Source of the DNA: Planctomycetota bacterium | GTDB lineage: Bacteria; Planctomycetota; UBA8742; UBA2392 | Reading direction: 5' to 3' | NCBI GenBank assembly: GCA_020425695.1 | Contig: JAGQRE010000002.1 | Location: forward strand, 5,829-69,828 | Length of the DNA stretch: 64,000 nucleotides | In this document: piece by piece, positions 52,615 to 62,985 of the stretch | Layout of the letters: every line of letters starts with the position of its first letter | Numbering within the stretch: position 1 is the first letter of the stretch | Notes under the pieces: model-generated | Told to the model about the DNA's origin: nothing | The model's input: the letters and a program-made list of their open reading frames with translations, nothing else | Database searches by the model: none | Translations under genes and position numbers: made by a program

Positions 52615-53592
52615 ATGGCAAGGTCTGATCTCGTCCTGAGCTTGATAGAAGCCGGAGTCAAGGGCGATCAGGCGCGTTTGCGCCGCACGGTCGAAGCATT
52701 GATCGCTGATGAGAGAGCAAAGCAGCACAATGCTCTGGCGGACAGACTAGATCGTGTAATCTCGAAACAGCCAGAGGCAGCAGCCAACGTCATCGCGGAT
52801 CAAATCTCTTCGACCGATTTGTTCAGCGCCAAGACTCCCGAAAGACAGCTAAGCGAACTCGTGCTTCCCAGCCCGATTACGAAGCTCGTCCGGCAGATGA
52901 TAGAAGAGCAACATCGAAGTGAACTACTCAAAGCGTACAACCTCAAACCACGCCATCGTCTCATTGCGGTAGGGCCTCCCGGCAATGGAAAGACCTCACT
53001 CGCGGAAGCCATTGCCTACGAACTTATGGTTCCCCTGATTACATTGAGCTATGAGGGGATCATCGGCAGCTATCTCGGCCAGACGGCGCAACGACTCGGA
53101 CGACTGTTCAGCTTTGTGCGCCAGCGCTCCTGCGTGCTCTTTATTGATGAATTCGATGCGCTGGGCAAGGAGCGAGGCGACCTGCACGAGACCGGCGAAA
53201 TCAAGCGAGTCGTCAACTCCCTGCTGCTCCAGATTGACTCGCTTCCCAGCCATGTCGTTCTGGTAGCGGCGAGCAATCACGAGGAACTGCTTGACCGAGC
53301 GGCGTGGCGTCGGTTTGAGATCAAGATCGATCTACCAAAGCCAACCGTCAAACAGCGAATTCAGTGGTTGTCTCGCCTCAAGAAATCCCTTAAACAGTCT
53401 TTGGGATACGACATTGAGAAGTTGGCAAGAAAGTTAGCAGGTGCAAGCTTCTCTGATCTGGAACAGTTTTCCTTGAACATCAGACGCAGGTACGTGCTGG
53501 AACAACCTCAGAGCAGCCTACGGAAGATTGTCAACTCCGAGCTTTCGACACTTCGCTCACGTAAAGGCCGCTCAAGCACCTCAGGACAATAG
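52615..53592 (+). CDS. classical AAA+ ATPase (IetA-like)
   Basis: ATG at 52615. Walker A VGPPGNGKTSLAEA, Walker B VLFIDEFDALG and second region of homology VAASNHEELLDRAAWRRF. The downstream S8 gene starts 11 nt after the stop. Confidence 0.85.
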   Translation: MARSDLVLSLIEAGVKGDQARLRRTVEALIADERAKQHNALADRLDRVISKQPEAAANVIADQISSTDLFSAKTPERQLSELVLPSPITKLVRQMIEEQHRSELLKAYNLKPRHRLIAVGPPGNGKTSLAEAIAYELMVPLITLSYEGIIGSYLGQTAQRLGRLFSFVRQRSCVLFIDEFDALGKERGDLHETGEIKRVVNSLLLQIDSLPSHVVLVAASNHEELLDRAAWRRFEIKIDLPKPTVKQRIQWLSRLKKSLKQSLGYDIEKLARKLAGASFSDLEQFSLNIRRRYVLEQPQSSLRKIVNSELSTLRSRKGRSSTSGQ

Positions 53593-53603
53593 GTCCTTCG
53601 GCA

Positions 53604-56189
53604 ATGCCAGACGAGCGCCTACCATACTTGGTCTTTAGGAACCTGACGCGAAGTCCGGCGAGAGGTGCTGGCGGGGGCAACAAGAGACCTCCTCGTGAAT
53701 TGTCCACGGCCCAAAGGGCGTCAGTGGCCACGAAGATGCAGCGGCTGGAAGAAGTGACCAATGCTTGGTTACAAGCGTCACCCGCTGGGATGTCTCCAGA
53801 ACGCGTGCTTGTCTTCGAGGTTGCGCATCACATCAAAGACTTCCGTGAGTCCGTTGAGCGCATAGGGATGTCGTGGCTCTTCGAGAGCGCCGGTGAAGAG
53901 AGGGAGCCAAGTGACCAGTTCTATCTGGAAAAAAAGTCCACCGGAAGTCCGTGGACGACATCCGACAGCCCCCTAACTGAGCACTATTACTTTACCTCCA
54001 CCAACGCCAGAGCAGTCCAAGACGTGATCGCGAGATGGCATGACCACGCACGAGGGCGCCTGAGACCACGTCTAAACACAAAGTGGATGGAACTCTTCGC
54101 AATGCTGAAAGACGTGCGCTACTGGTCAGCGCGAGACCGTCTCAGTCACTCCTACGTTCTTGAAAACTGGGCCAGTCGCCTCGAACTGTCGCCACAAGAA
54201 CCCGTGAGAGCGGAAGCGGAGCTTTGGTGGCGAGGAGACCGTCATCAGGACGCAGCCTCTCGATTTGAAGCAAGCGTGGTCGCCAGTGGAGGCAACGTAC
54301 TCCAATTCAGCGTTCGTCCTGAGATCGCCTATCATGCCGCATTGATCGAATTGCCCGCCGACACGGCCCGGTTGGCGATAGACCATCAAGATCGGCTATC
54401 CGAAGTTGCAGCCCTTGCCTGCGAAGACGTCCTACTCTTCCAAGGAGCAGGGCAGACTGCGGCTCCACGAATCGCTGAATCTGGCGAAACATTGCGACGA
54501 GACCGGTCAACCACCACGCCACTTCGATCCGGTTCTCCGGTCGCCGCTGCATTGGACGGCTACCCTCTCGCAAATCATGCGCTGCTCACAGAGCGAATTG
54601 ACGTGCTTGACCCAGACAATCTCGGTGAACTAATCGACCCGGAGTACCGCCTCCACGGAACCGAAGTGGCCTCCGTGATGGTCTGCGGCGAAGGAGTCCT
54701 GCCCGGCGAGACCCTGCAAAACCGGATCGTGATCCATCCCGTTTTGGCACCTAAGGTGGAGGCTTTGGACGGAACCGTTCGCGAGCGACTGCCGGATGAC
54801 CAACTCTCGGTTGACTATATACACAGGGCAATCGTCAATGTTCTCGACGCCTACCCCTCAGTTCGCGTGTTCAACATCTCTATTGGCGACGAAGGGCGTC
54901 ACTTCCTGAAAGCGGTAAGTCCTCTGGCACGCTTGCTGGATTGGATTAGCTGGGAGCGCGGCGTACTGTTCGTCGTGAGTGCCGGTAACTACACCAAGGA
55001 CTTGGAGCTTGACGATGACATCTCAGCGCTAGATGCCAGCGGATTGCAAGCTAAGTCAATCAAGTCGATGTTGGACACAGTGTGGGATCGTCAGGTGTTG
55101 TCTCCAGCCGATTCCGTGAATGCGCTCACCGTTGGTGCGGCAAACTCCGATGGAAGCGGAGATTCATTCAACCTTGCATCGGGACTGGTGCTTCCAATCC
55201 AGAGCATGCACATGGCGAGCCCCCTAAATCGCATTGGCTGGGGATTCAAGGGTAGTATTTCGCCGGAAGTGCTGTTTCCCGGAGGTCGCCAGCCGTATCG
55301 CGCGCCGCTGCCGGGGATCGCAGGCGATGCCGCGAAAAGGCTCACACTGAGCAGGTCCCGAGCGCAACCGGGGTTGCGCGTCGCAACTCCGGGAAGGCAA
55401 GGTCTGACCGACGAAATTGCGTGGGGCCGGGGAACGAGCCTAGCCGCAGCCTTGGCAACGCGGCTCGCCGCGCTCGTCTTGGAGAAGATGGCCGAACTCA
55501 GGGCTACGCGGAGCGAGTTCGCCCAATTAGACGCCCGCCTCGATTTTGTTCTCGCCAAGTGCATGCTAATCCACGGTGCAAGGTGGGGCTCAACGGTGAC
55601 CGATCACTTTGATGATGCCGGGCTGTCGAAGGCCGACCTAGCGAGACTGATGGGGTTTGGCATTGCAAACCCCGAGACTTCCATTGGCTGCTTGAGCAAC
55701 CGCGCAACGGTGATCGCCAGCGGCGAGATAGGAGTAAATGAGCAGCATGACTTTGAGTTCCCGCTACCTCCATGCCTATCTGGTGCAACCGCGACGAGAG
55801 AAGTTGTCGCCTCCTTGGCATGGATGGCCCCCACGAATCCTAACTTTCCGAGCCAGTATAGTTGCGTTCGCTGTGAGGTCATCGGAGTGAAGCGTGGCAC
55901 CGAGTTCCAACTGGAAGAGGACGAAGTCCAGTACAAGAAGTCAAAACTCGGTACGACCCAGCATCGCGTACTCAGGGGCTTTCGGCCAACAAGTGTATTC
56001 GACGACGGCAAGAGCCTGCGCATACGGGTAAAGTGTTTGGAAACTCCAGCACTAGCGGGAGCAGCCTTGGACTTGGAGGAGTTGGCGGTCCCGTATGGCC
56101 TCGCCGTTACAATATCCACAGAAGCTGATCTGCCGATCTACACCGAGATCGCCTCGCGACTAGGCGTTGCACTGCCAGTGAGGCGCTAG
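53604..56189 (+). CDS. cytosolic S8-family serine peptidase with large unknown N-terminal region (IetS-like)
   Basis: 861 aa with no signal peptide. Triad candidates are AALDGYPLANH (Asp), LHGTEVASVMVCG (His) and GRGTSLAAALATRLAA (Ser). The first ~320 aa and last ~200 aa are unrecognised. Confidence 0.8.
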   Translation: MPDERLPYLVFRNLTRSPARGAGGGNKRPPRELSTAQRASVATKMQRLEEVTNAWLQASPAGMSPERVLVFEVAHHIKDFRESVERIGMSWLFESAGEEREPSDQFYLEKKSTGSPWTTSDSPLTEHYYFTSTNARAVQDVIARWHDHARGRLRPRLNTKWMELFAMLKDVRYWSARDRLSHSYVLENWASRLELSPQEPVRAEAELWWRGDRHQDAASRFEASVVASGGNVLQFSVRPEIAYHAALIELPADTARLAIDHQDRLSEVAALACEDVLLFQGAGQTAAPRIAESGETLRRDRSTTTPLRSGSPVAAALDGYPLANHALLTERIDVLDPDNLGELIDPEYRLHGTEVASVMVCGEGVLPGETLQNRIVIHPVLAPKVEALDGTVRERLPDDQLSVDYIHRAIVNVLDAYPSVRVFNISIGDEGRHFLKAVSPLARLLDWISWERGVLFVVSAGNYTKDLELDDDISALDASGLQAKSIKSMLDTVWDRQVLSPADSVNALTVGAANSDGSGDSFNLASGLVLPIQSMHMASPLNRIGWGFKGSISPEVLFPGGRQPYRAPLPGIAGDAAKRLTLSRSRAQPGLRVATPGRQGLTDEIAWGRGTSLAAALATRLAALVLEKMAELRATRSEFAQLDARLDFVLAKCMLIHGARWGSTVTDHFDDAGLSKADLARLMGFGIANPETSIGCLSNRATVIASGEIGVNEQHDFEFPLPPCLSGATATREVVASLAWMAPTNPNFPSQYSCVRCEVIGVKRGTEFQLEEDEVQYKKSKLGTTQHRVLRGFRPTSVFDDGKSLRIRVKCLETPALAGAALDLEELAVPYGLAVTISTEADLPIYTEIASRLGVALPVRR

Positions 56190-56939
56190 TTTGCGGCGCA
56201 CGCGCTGATTTCAATGAGTGCGAACCTGTTCCGTGGGTTAGCCCCGGACGGAGGTAGCCCGGTCACTCGACGGCCACGACGCGCTACAGGCTTATTGTGC
56301 GAGGTCCTGAGCACGACGAGCATTCACTTGGATGCGGCGCAAGTCGTTCGGTATTTTGCTTGTATCTGTATGTTGGTACGGCTTTAGAATTGAAACTGCA
56401 TGGCAACGACAGCGAACATCTTTGCGGTGCTACTGCTTACGGTGATGCCGTACGTGAGGCCGTGCAACTGCGCCGGGTTCACCCTGTTTTGCCAGTGCGG
56501 AGTTAGCGTCGAAGAGGCTGACGACGCCAAGAGTGAACGACGCGACGACGCGGCTCCCGAGCCAATGTGCCCTAAGTGAGCGGATCATTCGCCTGCTCAG
56601 GATGAGCAGGATGGTGAAGGCTCTCCTCGTGACAACCACTCACCGGCCAATCACGACTCTCCCTGCAAACAACCACTGAATCCAGAGCTTGGAAACGGCA
56701 TTGAACTGCCGCAGGTGGTCACGTCGGGCGTTCAGTCGATGCCTTCATCCGTGGCAATACTGACCAGCAGCAGCTTCGCTCTGACTGTTTCGCTGCCACA
56801 GCCGATGAACCCGCGTCCGCCTCCCGAATCCATCGGGCTACAGATAGTTCGTACGACCATCCTCAGAATCTAGGCACCGCTCTCGTTAGCTGGCTTCCGG
56901 CCAGCGTTTGGTGATTTGGTCCCCAATGAGAGCGGACTC

Positions 56940-58340
56940 ATGCGTATATCTACGATTGCCATTTGCCTCCTTACGGTCGGGCTCAGCCTCGCTGCCTGTA
57001 CGTCGGCTGCCAGCCACGAGCGCGACAACTTTGACAGGTATGATGAAGAGCGCCTTGCCGCGCTAGCTGATGCGCTCGACGAGCTTCCAAAAAGTAGTGA
57101 AGGGATCGAGCAAATCGATCCGGGTTTGGCGGGCACGCTTGATCTTAATCAACTCATCCGTCTATCGGAGGTTCATAGCCCGCGCCTCGCTGCCGCTTAC
57201 GAAAAGTGGCGCGGCTCTGTTTCCGGGATCACCGCCGCAACGGCCTTGCCCGATGCCACGCTCAGCTACACAGAGTTCATCCGGTCGATTGAAACCCGGC
57301 TTGGTCCCATTGAACGACGCTTCATGTTTCAACAGCGCGTCCCGAATCCGGGGAAGCTGATAGCGCGTGAGGAACAGGCGGCGGGCGTTGCTTCCGCAAT
57401 GAAAGCGAACTTCGAAGCAACTCGGCTGGGTCTGCGGGAATCGCTGGTGCTTGCCTATGTCGATTTGCAGGCGTTGGACGCCCGGTTGGAGATTCTGAAT
57501 CAGCTTGCCGAGACATTGCGGACGATAGAGGAGGTCATTGAGGCCCGCGTAACTGCCAACCTTGCCCCGCAGTCTGCACTCCTTCGGGTACAGGTCGAAG
57601 CCGAGAAACTTGAGAGCGATGCACGGTCGTTGGAGAGGCGCCGACCGGCCATCGCCGCGACACTGTCTGCAATCGTCGGAACGCGTGTTTCGGCTGAGGC
57701 TCGCGCCGTCAGGCTGAGCAACTCGGCTCCTGCGGAGTTACCTCAAGAAGCAAAGCTCTACGCACTCGCCATCGATCATCCGTCCGTACAGGAGGAGTTC
57801 GCTCGGGTTGCTATTGCCGACGCCAAGGTGGATGAGGCCGGTTGGATGTGGGTTCCCGACATGTTCTTCGGTGTCGAGTACCAGATGGTCGGCAAACCGG
57901 ACATCTCGTCCGCGATGCTCCCTAACGAGTACGGCGAAGACGCGGTGGCGGTCACGGTCGGCATCACGATCCCGTGGCAGTTCCACGTCAACTTGGCGCG
58001 TGGAGACAAAGCGCGAGCAGAGCGACAGGCCGCCCGATTCATGGTCGATCAACGTCGCCTCGACATACAGGCCAGACTGGAACAGCAGCTATTCGCCCGA
58101 ACTGACGCCTCCCGGCTGATTGGGCTGTACGAAGAGACAGTGTTACCCAAGGCGCGTCAGACACTCGAACTGGTGCGCGGTGACTTCACATCCGACAGCG
58201 CGACGCTCACCGATGTACTTGACTCCGAGCGTTCACTGCTGGCTGCGGAACTTTCATTAGTCAATGCGCGAGTCGATCTGCTTAAGGCAGAGGCCCGCAT
58301 CGAATCCATCGTCGCCAGAGAACTGGAAACGGTCGAATAG
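56940..58340 (+). CDS. cusC: TolC/NodT-family outer-membrane efflux lipoprotein (CusC-like)
   Basis: Start at the internal ATG MRISTIAICLLTVGLSLAAC (lipobox). TolC-type repeats are LDLNQLIRLSEVHSPRLAAA and DVLDSERSLLAAELSLVNARVDLLKAEARI. The ORF-track start is 56916. Confidence 0.7.
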   Translation: MRISTIAICLLTVGLSLAACTSAASHERDNFDRYDEERLAALADALDELPKSSEGIEQIDPGLAGTLDLNQLIRLSEVHSPRLAAAYEKWRGSVSGITAATALPDATLSYTEFIRSIETRLGPIERRFMFQQRVPNPGKLIAREEQAAGVASAMKANFEATRLGLRESLVLAYVDLQALDARLEILNQLAETLRTIEEVIEARVTANLAPQSALLRVQVEAEKLESDARSLERRRPAIAATLSAIVGTRVSAEARAVRLSNSAPAELPQEAKLYALAIDHPSVQEEFARVAIADAKVDEAGWMWVPDMFFGVEYQMVGKPDISSAMLPNEYGEDAVAVTVGITIPWQFHVNLARGDKARAERQAARFMVDQRRLDIQARLEQQLFARTDASRLIGLYEETVLPKARQTLELVRGDFTSDSATLTDVLDSERSLLAAELSLVNARVDLLKAEARIESIVARELETVE

Positions 58341-58349
58341 GAGAAAACC

Positions 58350-59024
58350 ATGAAGTACGCATTCGCATTTATTGCCTCGTTCATCCTCGTAGCAGGGCTT
58401 ACGGCAGTTGTACGCGTTAGCGCCAGCGACGCACCCATCGCTGACTCCATCCCTCAAGAAGAAAAGAAGGACACGAAAGAGGACGCTCCCAAGAAAGACG
58501 CAAAGGACCCTCACCACGGTCACGACATGGGCGACAAGAAAGACAACTCGGGCAAAGACGAAAAGAAGGACAAAGAGAAGTCCGAGTGGGATGGGGAAGT
58601 CGAAACTGACTTGAAGAATGAAAAGGACCCGGTGAACGGCAAAGAGGTCGGCGACAGCGAGCATCACGTCGTCTTCCACGGGTTCAAGGTTCACTTCGCG
58701 GACGAAAAGTCGATCAAGAAGTTCAAACGCCGTCCGATCCAGTTCCTGACGCCACTCGAACTGGAAAAAACGACTGATGGCGAAGTGAAGAAAGTCGATC
58801 CTGCCGATTTCAAGGACCCGCCCATCATTCCAGACACCTGCCCCATGATGGGTGGAGACATATTCGCCGACGATGGCGTCTACATCCTGCATCGCGGCTA
58901 CAAAATCTACTTCTGCTGCTGGAATGGCTGTGCGGACGACTTCCTTGCCGAAGCGTCAAAGCACTACGCCGCATACGGGCTGGAGGAGAAAGACGGCAAG
59001 CTCGTTCCCAAAAAGGAAGGCTAG
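58350..59024 (+). CDS. periplasmic His/Lys/Asp-rich protein with two YHS/TRASH-like domains (metal chaperone candidate)
   Basis: Signal peptide. KDPHHGHDMGDKKD low-complexity stretch. DPVNGKEV...FHGFKVHFADEKSIKKF (Cys-less YHS-like) and DTCPMMGGDIF...GYKIYFCCWNGCADDF. Confidence 0.6.
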   Translation: MKYAFAFIASFILVAGLTAVVRVSASDAPIADSIPQEEKKDTKEDAPKKDAKDPHHGHDMGDKKDNSGKDEKKDKEKSEWDGEVETDLKNEKDPVNGKEVGDSEHHVVFHGFKVHFADEKSIKKFKRRPIQFLTPLELEKTTDGEVKKVDPADFKDPPIIPDTCPMMGGDIFADDGVYILHRGYKIYFCCWNGCADDFLAEASKHYAAYGLEEKDGKLVPKKEG

Positions 59025-59053
59025 TCAACTCACTCTTTTGACAGGTCAAGACC

Positions 59054-60676
59054 ATGAATGATGAAAAGCATGAGAAGACGCCGCCGGAGTCCGGGGTTGC
59101 CCCGGACTCCCGCATGCGTGTCATCCTTTGGGGCTCAATCGGTGCTGGCGCACTACTTGGGTTTGTATTCGCCCTCGCAATGCCAGCTACTTGGTTACTT
59201 GTGCCCCAAAAGCCGGAACACGCCCACGAAGGTGAAGTCGCTCAGGATGCGAAGAGCCCCAAGGAGTTCTATGCGTGCCCGATGTTCTGCACCCGGCTGG
59301 ATAAGCCGGGAACCTGCCCAGTCTGTGGCATGGATATGGAACTCTTCGTGGATACCGGTGCACGGATGCCCCTCGATGGCGCAATTCGGAAGAGCATGAG
59401 CCTCGAAACCGAAGCGATTGAAACCCGGATGCTGGCCAAGGAAATTACGACGCTCGGGAATTTCGAACCGGATGAAACGCGACAAAAAGTCGTCGCTGCT
59501 TGGGTCGATGGCCGCATTGAAAAACTGTATGCGGACTTCACCGGCATTCCAGTAGAGAAGGGCTGGCACCTCTTCGATCTATACAGCCCAGACCTCTACG
59601 CTGCGCAAAAAGAACTGATCGTTGCGCGTGAAGCCACGGAACGAGAAGGAGTCTCCGAGACAGGCAAACGGGAGGCGGAGAGGCTGCTTGAGAACTCTCG
59701 CGAGAAACTGCGCCTGCTCGGTCTGGCCGAAGATCAGGTAGCGTACATCGAGACTCTGGATAAGCCGAACCTAACGCTGACAATACCCTCGCCCGATGCC
59801 GGAGTTGTCACACAGAAATACGCCCACGTCGGAATGTATGTGAAGCAGGGACAGCCGGTGTTTCGCGTGACTGACCTATCACGCTTGTGGCTGATTGTAG
59901 AGGTTCACGAACGAGACCTTGGCTTCATCGCACTAGGTCAAAAAGTTGGCATCAAGGTCAACGCCTATCCCGGACGCACGTTTGAGGGTGACGTTGGTTT
60001 CATTGATCCGGCGTTGGACATGACCACGCGCACGGTTCGCGTCAGAGTTGAAGTTCCCAACGAAGAAAATCTCTTGAAGCCGGGCATGTACGGCGAGGCA
60101 ACGATCTTCGCGGAGCTTGGACAGGATGCGGAACTTGCCAAGCCCGAACTCAAGGGCGACTACGCCTGTCCCATGCACCCGCTGGAACGAGCCAGCGACG
60201 GGACCGCGACCTGTGACATCTGCGGGATGCGCATGGTCAAGCACGACCACGATCATGGTGGCAAGGCTCGTAAGTTATGGGCGATTCCCCGCGAAGCAGT
60301 GATGTCCACGGGCGACCGCCAGATCATCTACATCGAGTGGTGGGTCAGAGAGACAGACCACCCTCCCCACTCACCAGACGAAGACCCAGACTACGAGATG
60401 CTCCACGAGCCTGAGTACCAAGGATTCTCCGTAGAGCTTGGGCCTCTGGCAGCGGAGTACCACATCATGGAAGACGGAACCCGTCACAAGCTGCGCGAGT
60501 ACTACCCGATGATCGGTGGGCTACCCACCGGCATTCGAATGCCAGACGGGGAGATCGGCTGGCGCATCGTCACAAATGGCCAGTTCTTGATCGACAGCCA
60601 AATGGAACTCACCGGGAAACCATCTCTCCTACGTCCCGATGGAGGCGAGAAGGCGGACCCACACGCGGGCCACTAA
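59054..60676 (+). CDS. cusB: RND efflux periplasmic adaptor (CusB-like) with two CPM...C..CGM metal-binding ribbons
   Basis: Membrane-fusion-protein core ([12 protein letters not shown]..., [56 protein letters not shown]). Inserted metal-binding ribbons are [23 protein letters not shown] and [25 protein letters not shown]. Confidence 0.8.
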   Translation: MNDEKHEKTPPESGVAPDSRMRVILWGSIGAGALLGFVFALAMPATWLLVPQKPEHAHEGEVAQDAKSPKEFYACPMFCTRLDKPGTCPVCGMDMELFVDTGARMPLDGAIRKSMSLETEAIETRMLAKEITTLGNFEPDETRQKVVAAWVDGRIEKLYADFTGIPVEKGWHLFDLYSPDLYAAQKELIVAREATEREGVSETGKREAERLLENSREKLRLLGLAEDQVAYIETLDKPNLTLTIPSPDAGVVTQKYAHVGMYVKQGQPVFRVTDLSRLWLIVEVHERDLGFIALGQKVGIKVNAYPGRTFEGDVGFIDPALDMTTRTVRVRVEVPNEENLLKPGMYGEATIFAELGQDAELAKPELKGDYACPMHPLERASDGTATCDICGMRMVKHDHDHGGKARKLWAIPREAVMSTGDRQIIYIEWWVRETDHPPHSPDEDPDYEMLHEPEYQGFSVELGPLAAEYHIMEDGTRHKLREYYPMIGGLPTGIRMPDGEIGWRIVTNGQFLIDSQMELTGKPSLLRPDGGEKADPHAGH

Positions 60677-60678
60677 CT

Positions 60679-62985
60679 ATGAGCGAGCACAAACACAAGA
60701 ACGGAAAGCCGTCGCAAACCGAGCCGTCGCCCGGTGGAGATTTCACATGCCCGATGCACCCCGAAGTCCGCGAGGACAAACCGGGAGATTGTCCGAAATG
60801 CGGCATGGCACTGGAGCCGACTCGTCCGACGAGCAAGCTAACAAAGTGGACTTGCCCAATGCATCCACAGGTCGTGAGGGATGGACCGGGCGACTGCCCT
60901 ATCTGCGGCATGGCGTTGGAGCCCATGACGCCAAGTGATGAGGAGGAGGAGAGCAGCGAACTCAAAGACATGACACGGCGATTCTGGGTCAGTGTCGCTT
61001 TGACGATCCCCGTCTTCGTGATCGCAATGGCTCACATGATCCCCGGCGACCCGTTGCTCAGCCTCGCATCCCGGAACCTATGGAGTTGGGTTGAACTTTC
61101 ACTCTCAACGCCGGTAGTGCTTTGGGGGGCTTGGCCGTTCTTCGTGCGGGCAATCAAGTCGGTGAAGAACGTCAGCCCTAACATGTTCACTCTGATCGGA
61201 CTCGGCGTCGCGGTGGCCTATGTCTACAGCGTTGTCGCTGTCGTGGCTCCCGGCATCTTCCCCGCCTCCTTCCGTGATACGCACGGAAACGTAGGCGTCT
61301 ACTTCGAGGCTGCGGCCGTGATTACGACGCTCGTGCTGCTGGGACAGGTCCTAGAGCTTCGCGCCCGTAGTCGAACTGGACAGGCGATCAAGGCGCTACT
61401 GGGGATGGCCGCCAAGTCGGCGCGACGCATCACGAAAGATGGCGAAGAGGACGTACCTCTCGAACACGTCAACGTCGGAGACAAGTTGCGGGTCCGTCCC
61501 GGCGAGAAGGTCCCGGTCGACGGTGAAGTACTCGAAGGTAAGAGCAACGTAGACGAATCGATGGTTTCCGGCGAACCCGTCCCGGTGGAGAAAGCACAAG
61601 GGGACAAAGTAATCGGTTCAACGGTGAACGGCACGGGTGCCCTCGTTATCCGTGCAGAGAAAGTCGGCAGCGACACCCTGCTTTCCCGCATCGTGGATAT
61701 GGTTGCTCAAGCCCAGCGAAGCCGCGCGCCCATCCAAAAACTGGCCGATGTTGTTTCACGATATTTCGTGCCGGGCGTTATCGTCATAGCCATCCTCACG
61801 TTCATCATCTGGTCGGTTTTCGGCCCCGCTCCAGCGATGGCTTACGCGCTGGTTAACTCCGTGGCCGTTCTGATCATCGCATGCCCTTGCGCGTTGGGGC
61901 TGGCGACACCCATCTCGATCATGGTCGCAACCGGCAAGGGGGCGTCGTTTGGTGTGTTGTTTCGTAACGCAGAGGCCATCGAGCGGATGCGTGAAGTCGA
62001 TACTCTGGTCGTGGACAAGACCGGAACGCTGACAGAAGGCAAGCCAAAGCTCGTAGCCGTTGAGCCCAGCGACGAACTAAGCGAAGACAGCTTTCTAGAG
62101 CTTGTAGCGTCACTCGAAACTGGCAGCGAGCACCCGTTGGCGAACGCTATTGTCGAAGGTGCAAAAGAGCGTGGCATCAAACCCGGCAATGCCGATCAGT
62201 TCGAATCACATACAGGAAAAGGCGTAAGTGGCAGGGTAAACGGGCGAGATGTGGCGCTAGGCAACACTGCGTTGATGAAGCAAGTCGGGGTCGATGTTGA
62301 CGACCTTGCAAATCACGCCGACGAACTTCGACGTGAAGGACAAACCGTCATGTTCGTCGCCGTTGACGGCAAACCGGGGGGACTGCTTGGTGTTGCCGAT
62401 CCAATCAAAGAGACAACTCCCGATGCAATAGGGACGCTGCGCGCAGCGGGAATGCACATCGTTGTGCTAACGGGTGACAACGAGAAAACGGCGAAGGCCG
62501 TCGCGGACAAGCTCGGCGTTGAGGATGTGATTGCAGGCGTCTTGCCCGACCAGAAAGCCGAGAAGGTCAAAGCTTTGCAAGCAGCAGGCAAGATTGTCGC
62601 TATGGCTGGCGACGGAGTGAACGACGCGCCCGCTCTGGCACAGGCCGATGTGGGAATTGCGATGGGCACCGGAACCGACGTAGCGATGGAGAGCGCCCAC
62701 GTCACGCTAGTGAAGGGCGATTTGAGAGGAATCGTTCGAGCACGCCAGCTAAGCGAAGCCACTCTACGGAACATCAAGCAAAACCTGTTCTTCGCGTTTA
62801 TCTACAACGGGCTGGGTGTGCCGGTTGCGGCTGGGCTGCTCTATCCGGTGTTCGGAATTCTGCTGTCACCAATGATTGCCGCAGCGGCAATGAGTTTCAG
62901 TTCTGTTTCTGTAATCGCCAACGCACTGCGACTTCGCAGAGCGAAAGTTGACGCCGTTCCCGAACCACAAGGGAGCCGACAATGA
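60679..62985 (+). CDS. copA: Cu(I)/Ag(I)-translocating P1B-type ATPase
   Basis: The N-terminus has two copies of the ribbon motif ([25 protein letters not shown] and [25 protein letters not shown]). TM CPC motif [11 protein letters not shown], phosphorylation site DKTGTLT, and [10 protein letters not shown]. Confidence 0.95.
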   Translation: MSEHKHKNGKPSQTEPSPGGDFTCPMHPEVREDKPGDCPKCGMALEPTRPTSKLTKWTCPMHPQVVRDGPGDCPICGMALEPMTPSDEEEESSELKDMTRRFWVSVALTIPVFVIAMAHMIPGDPLLSLASRNLWSWVELSLSTPVVLWGAWPFFVRAIKSVKNVSPNMFTLIGLGVAVAYVYSVVAVVAPGIFPASFRDTHGNVGVYFEAAAVITTLVLLGQVLELRARSRTGQAIKALLGMAAKSARRITKDGEEDVPLEHVNVGDKLRVRPGEKVPVDGEVLEGKSNVDESMVSGEPVPVEKAQGDKVIGSTVNGTGALVIRAEKVGSDTLLSRIVDMVAQAQRSRAPIQKLADVVSRYFVPGVIVIAILTFIIWSVFGPAPAMAYALVNSVAVLIIACPCALGLATPISIMVATGKGASFGVLFRNAEAIERMREVDTLVVDKTGTLTEGKPKLVAVEPSDELSEDSFLELVASLETGSEHPLANAIVEGAKERGIKPGNADQFESHTGKGVSGRVNGRDVALGNTALMKQVGVDVDDLANHADELRREGQTVMFVAVDGKPGGLLGVADPIKETTPDAIGTLRAAGMHIVVLTGDNEKTAKAVADKLGVEDVIAGVLPDQKAEKVKALQAAGKIVAMAGDGVNDAPALAQADVGIAMGTGTDVAMESAHVTLVKGDLRGIVRARQLSEATLRNIKQNLFFAFIYNGLGVPVAAGLLYPVFGILLSPMIAAAAMSFSSVSVIANALRLRRAKVDAVPEPQGSRQ

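Noticed and set aside
56821-56845. cccgaatccatcgggc resembles the tRNA-Arg 3' segment ttcgaatcctctcgggc, which raised the possibility of an attR remnant.
   Set aside because: Only a 7-nt and a 6-nt block match, there is an indel, and no T-stem complement is present. The match is too short to distinguish from chance by eye. I found no convincing copy of the tRNA 3' end in the intergenic regions that I scanned, so the right island boundary is unresolved.
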